The position numbers and the translations under genes were made by a program. A model generated the notes under the pieces. The model had not been told where the DNA came from. It worked only from the letters and a program-made list of their open reading frames with translations, and made no database searches. 64,000 nucleotides of DNA, taken from NCBI GenBank assembly GCA_015680685.1, contig MNCI01001868.1, positions 615,420 to 679,419 of the forward strand, in the 5' to 3' direction. Source of the DNA: Gnetum montanum. Taxonomy: Eukaryota > Plantae > Gnetophyta. Position 1 is the first letter of the stretch, and each line of letters starts with the position of its first letter. This document shows positions 63,201-64,000 of this stretch, one piece after another.

Positions 63201-64000
63201 ATTGGCACAACTTCATGATAAGATAAGGGAAGGGTAAGGCAAGCTTCTTTGTCTTCCGTTCCTTGAACCGCCTCAGGATCTTCATTAAGTATAGATGAGG
63301 CAGGTTAGCATTAACCTTTCCCATTAGCACCGCACAACCTCTTGCTGCATATGTTGAAATTATTTTTAAGCCCTTCGTGAGGAAGAGGTGATACGTTCCA
63401 ATTTTAAAATAGATCCTTTCTTCTATCGTCAACTCTCCAAATGTCTTATCCCTAGCATATGCCCTTTTCAACCAAACTCGTCACACATCCAGGTCTGAAT
63501 GGGTATACAACTGAGCAACCTTGGGCTCTGTATTCAGAAGGTTTAATACTTCCAAAATGGCCTATGTAGAGAAATCAATTGTCACACCACAAATGTTAAT
63601 GATGGTGCCTTGTTCTTTATTGTGCCAGAATCGGTATGTCTTCCTTAGGTACCAGGCACCACTTTCAGAGAGGGTAGGCCATAAGGGAGATCCTTTGAGG
63701 TAATCCCTAACAGCCTCAGGAGCGAACTCTACAAAAGATTCAAAATTTAATTCCATGATCACCTCAGTGAATGTGGACCTTTCGTGGATAGCCTGAACAC
63801 AATCTTGGGGCAACGTGAGGTGTTGTCCCTATTCAGACATTGCAGCAGCTCCACCTTCTGCCTACCCAGACTATACGGTAGGAGGATCCTCTTGATGAAT
63901 GCTAAATGATTGTTCCTCCTGTTCTACATGTTGTCCAGCAAGGACTTGCTCTTCGCCTCTCCTAGGTTGTTTACTTCCACCTTGAGTAGGACCTTCCTTT
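60252..64000 (-). mobile_element. Athila-family element C: 3' LTR 60252-61048 and extra ORF, runs off the window
   Basis: LTR homologous to 17987-18918; PPT; ORF homologous to 22778-25555. Confidence 0.95.
61230..64000 (-). pseudogene. Second copy of the env-like/extra ORF (start codon just outside the window)
   Basis: ORF-track pieces 63562-63813, 63067-63471, 62254-62532 and 61548-61913 align with copy 1. Confidence 0.9.

Overview
Land-plant (probably seed-plant) nuclear DNA: AT-rich, CpG-depleted and dominated by nested, mostly decayed LTR retrotransposons (Ty3/Gypsy Tat/Ogre-like, Athila-like, Tekay-like and Ty1/Copia). One intact host gene is present: the plastid lipid-import ABC ATPase TGD3 (minus strand, about 41.5-56.3 kb), whose long introns hold RTE LINE, tRNA-SINE-like and LTR fragments. 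There is also a captured fasciclin-like AGP pseudogene fragment (35.5-36.0 kb) and a 5S-derived Cassandra-like LTR remnant (6.2-6.4 kb). The best-defined element is a complete Athila-like LTR element at 17987-26431 (TSD CTTTG, tRNA-Asp-type PBS). It has gag but no visible pol, plus a ~925-codon extra ORF behind a splice acceptor. That ORF has its own internal promoter-like region carrying the same palindromic GCGATATCGC array found before the LTR TATA box. At least five members of this family are in the window, three of them nested at 58.3-64 kb. Other families show the same layout of a CpG-containing motif array followed by a TATA box, which suggests element-specific cis arrays possibly read by element-encoded proteins (hypothesis). 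All homology calls are from manual translation and motif recognition; no database searches were run.
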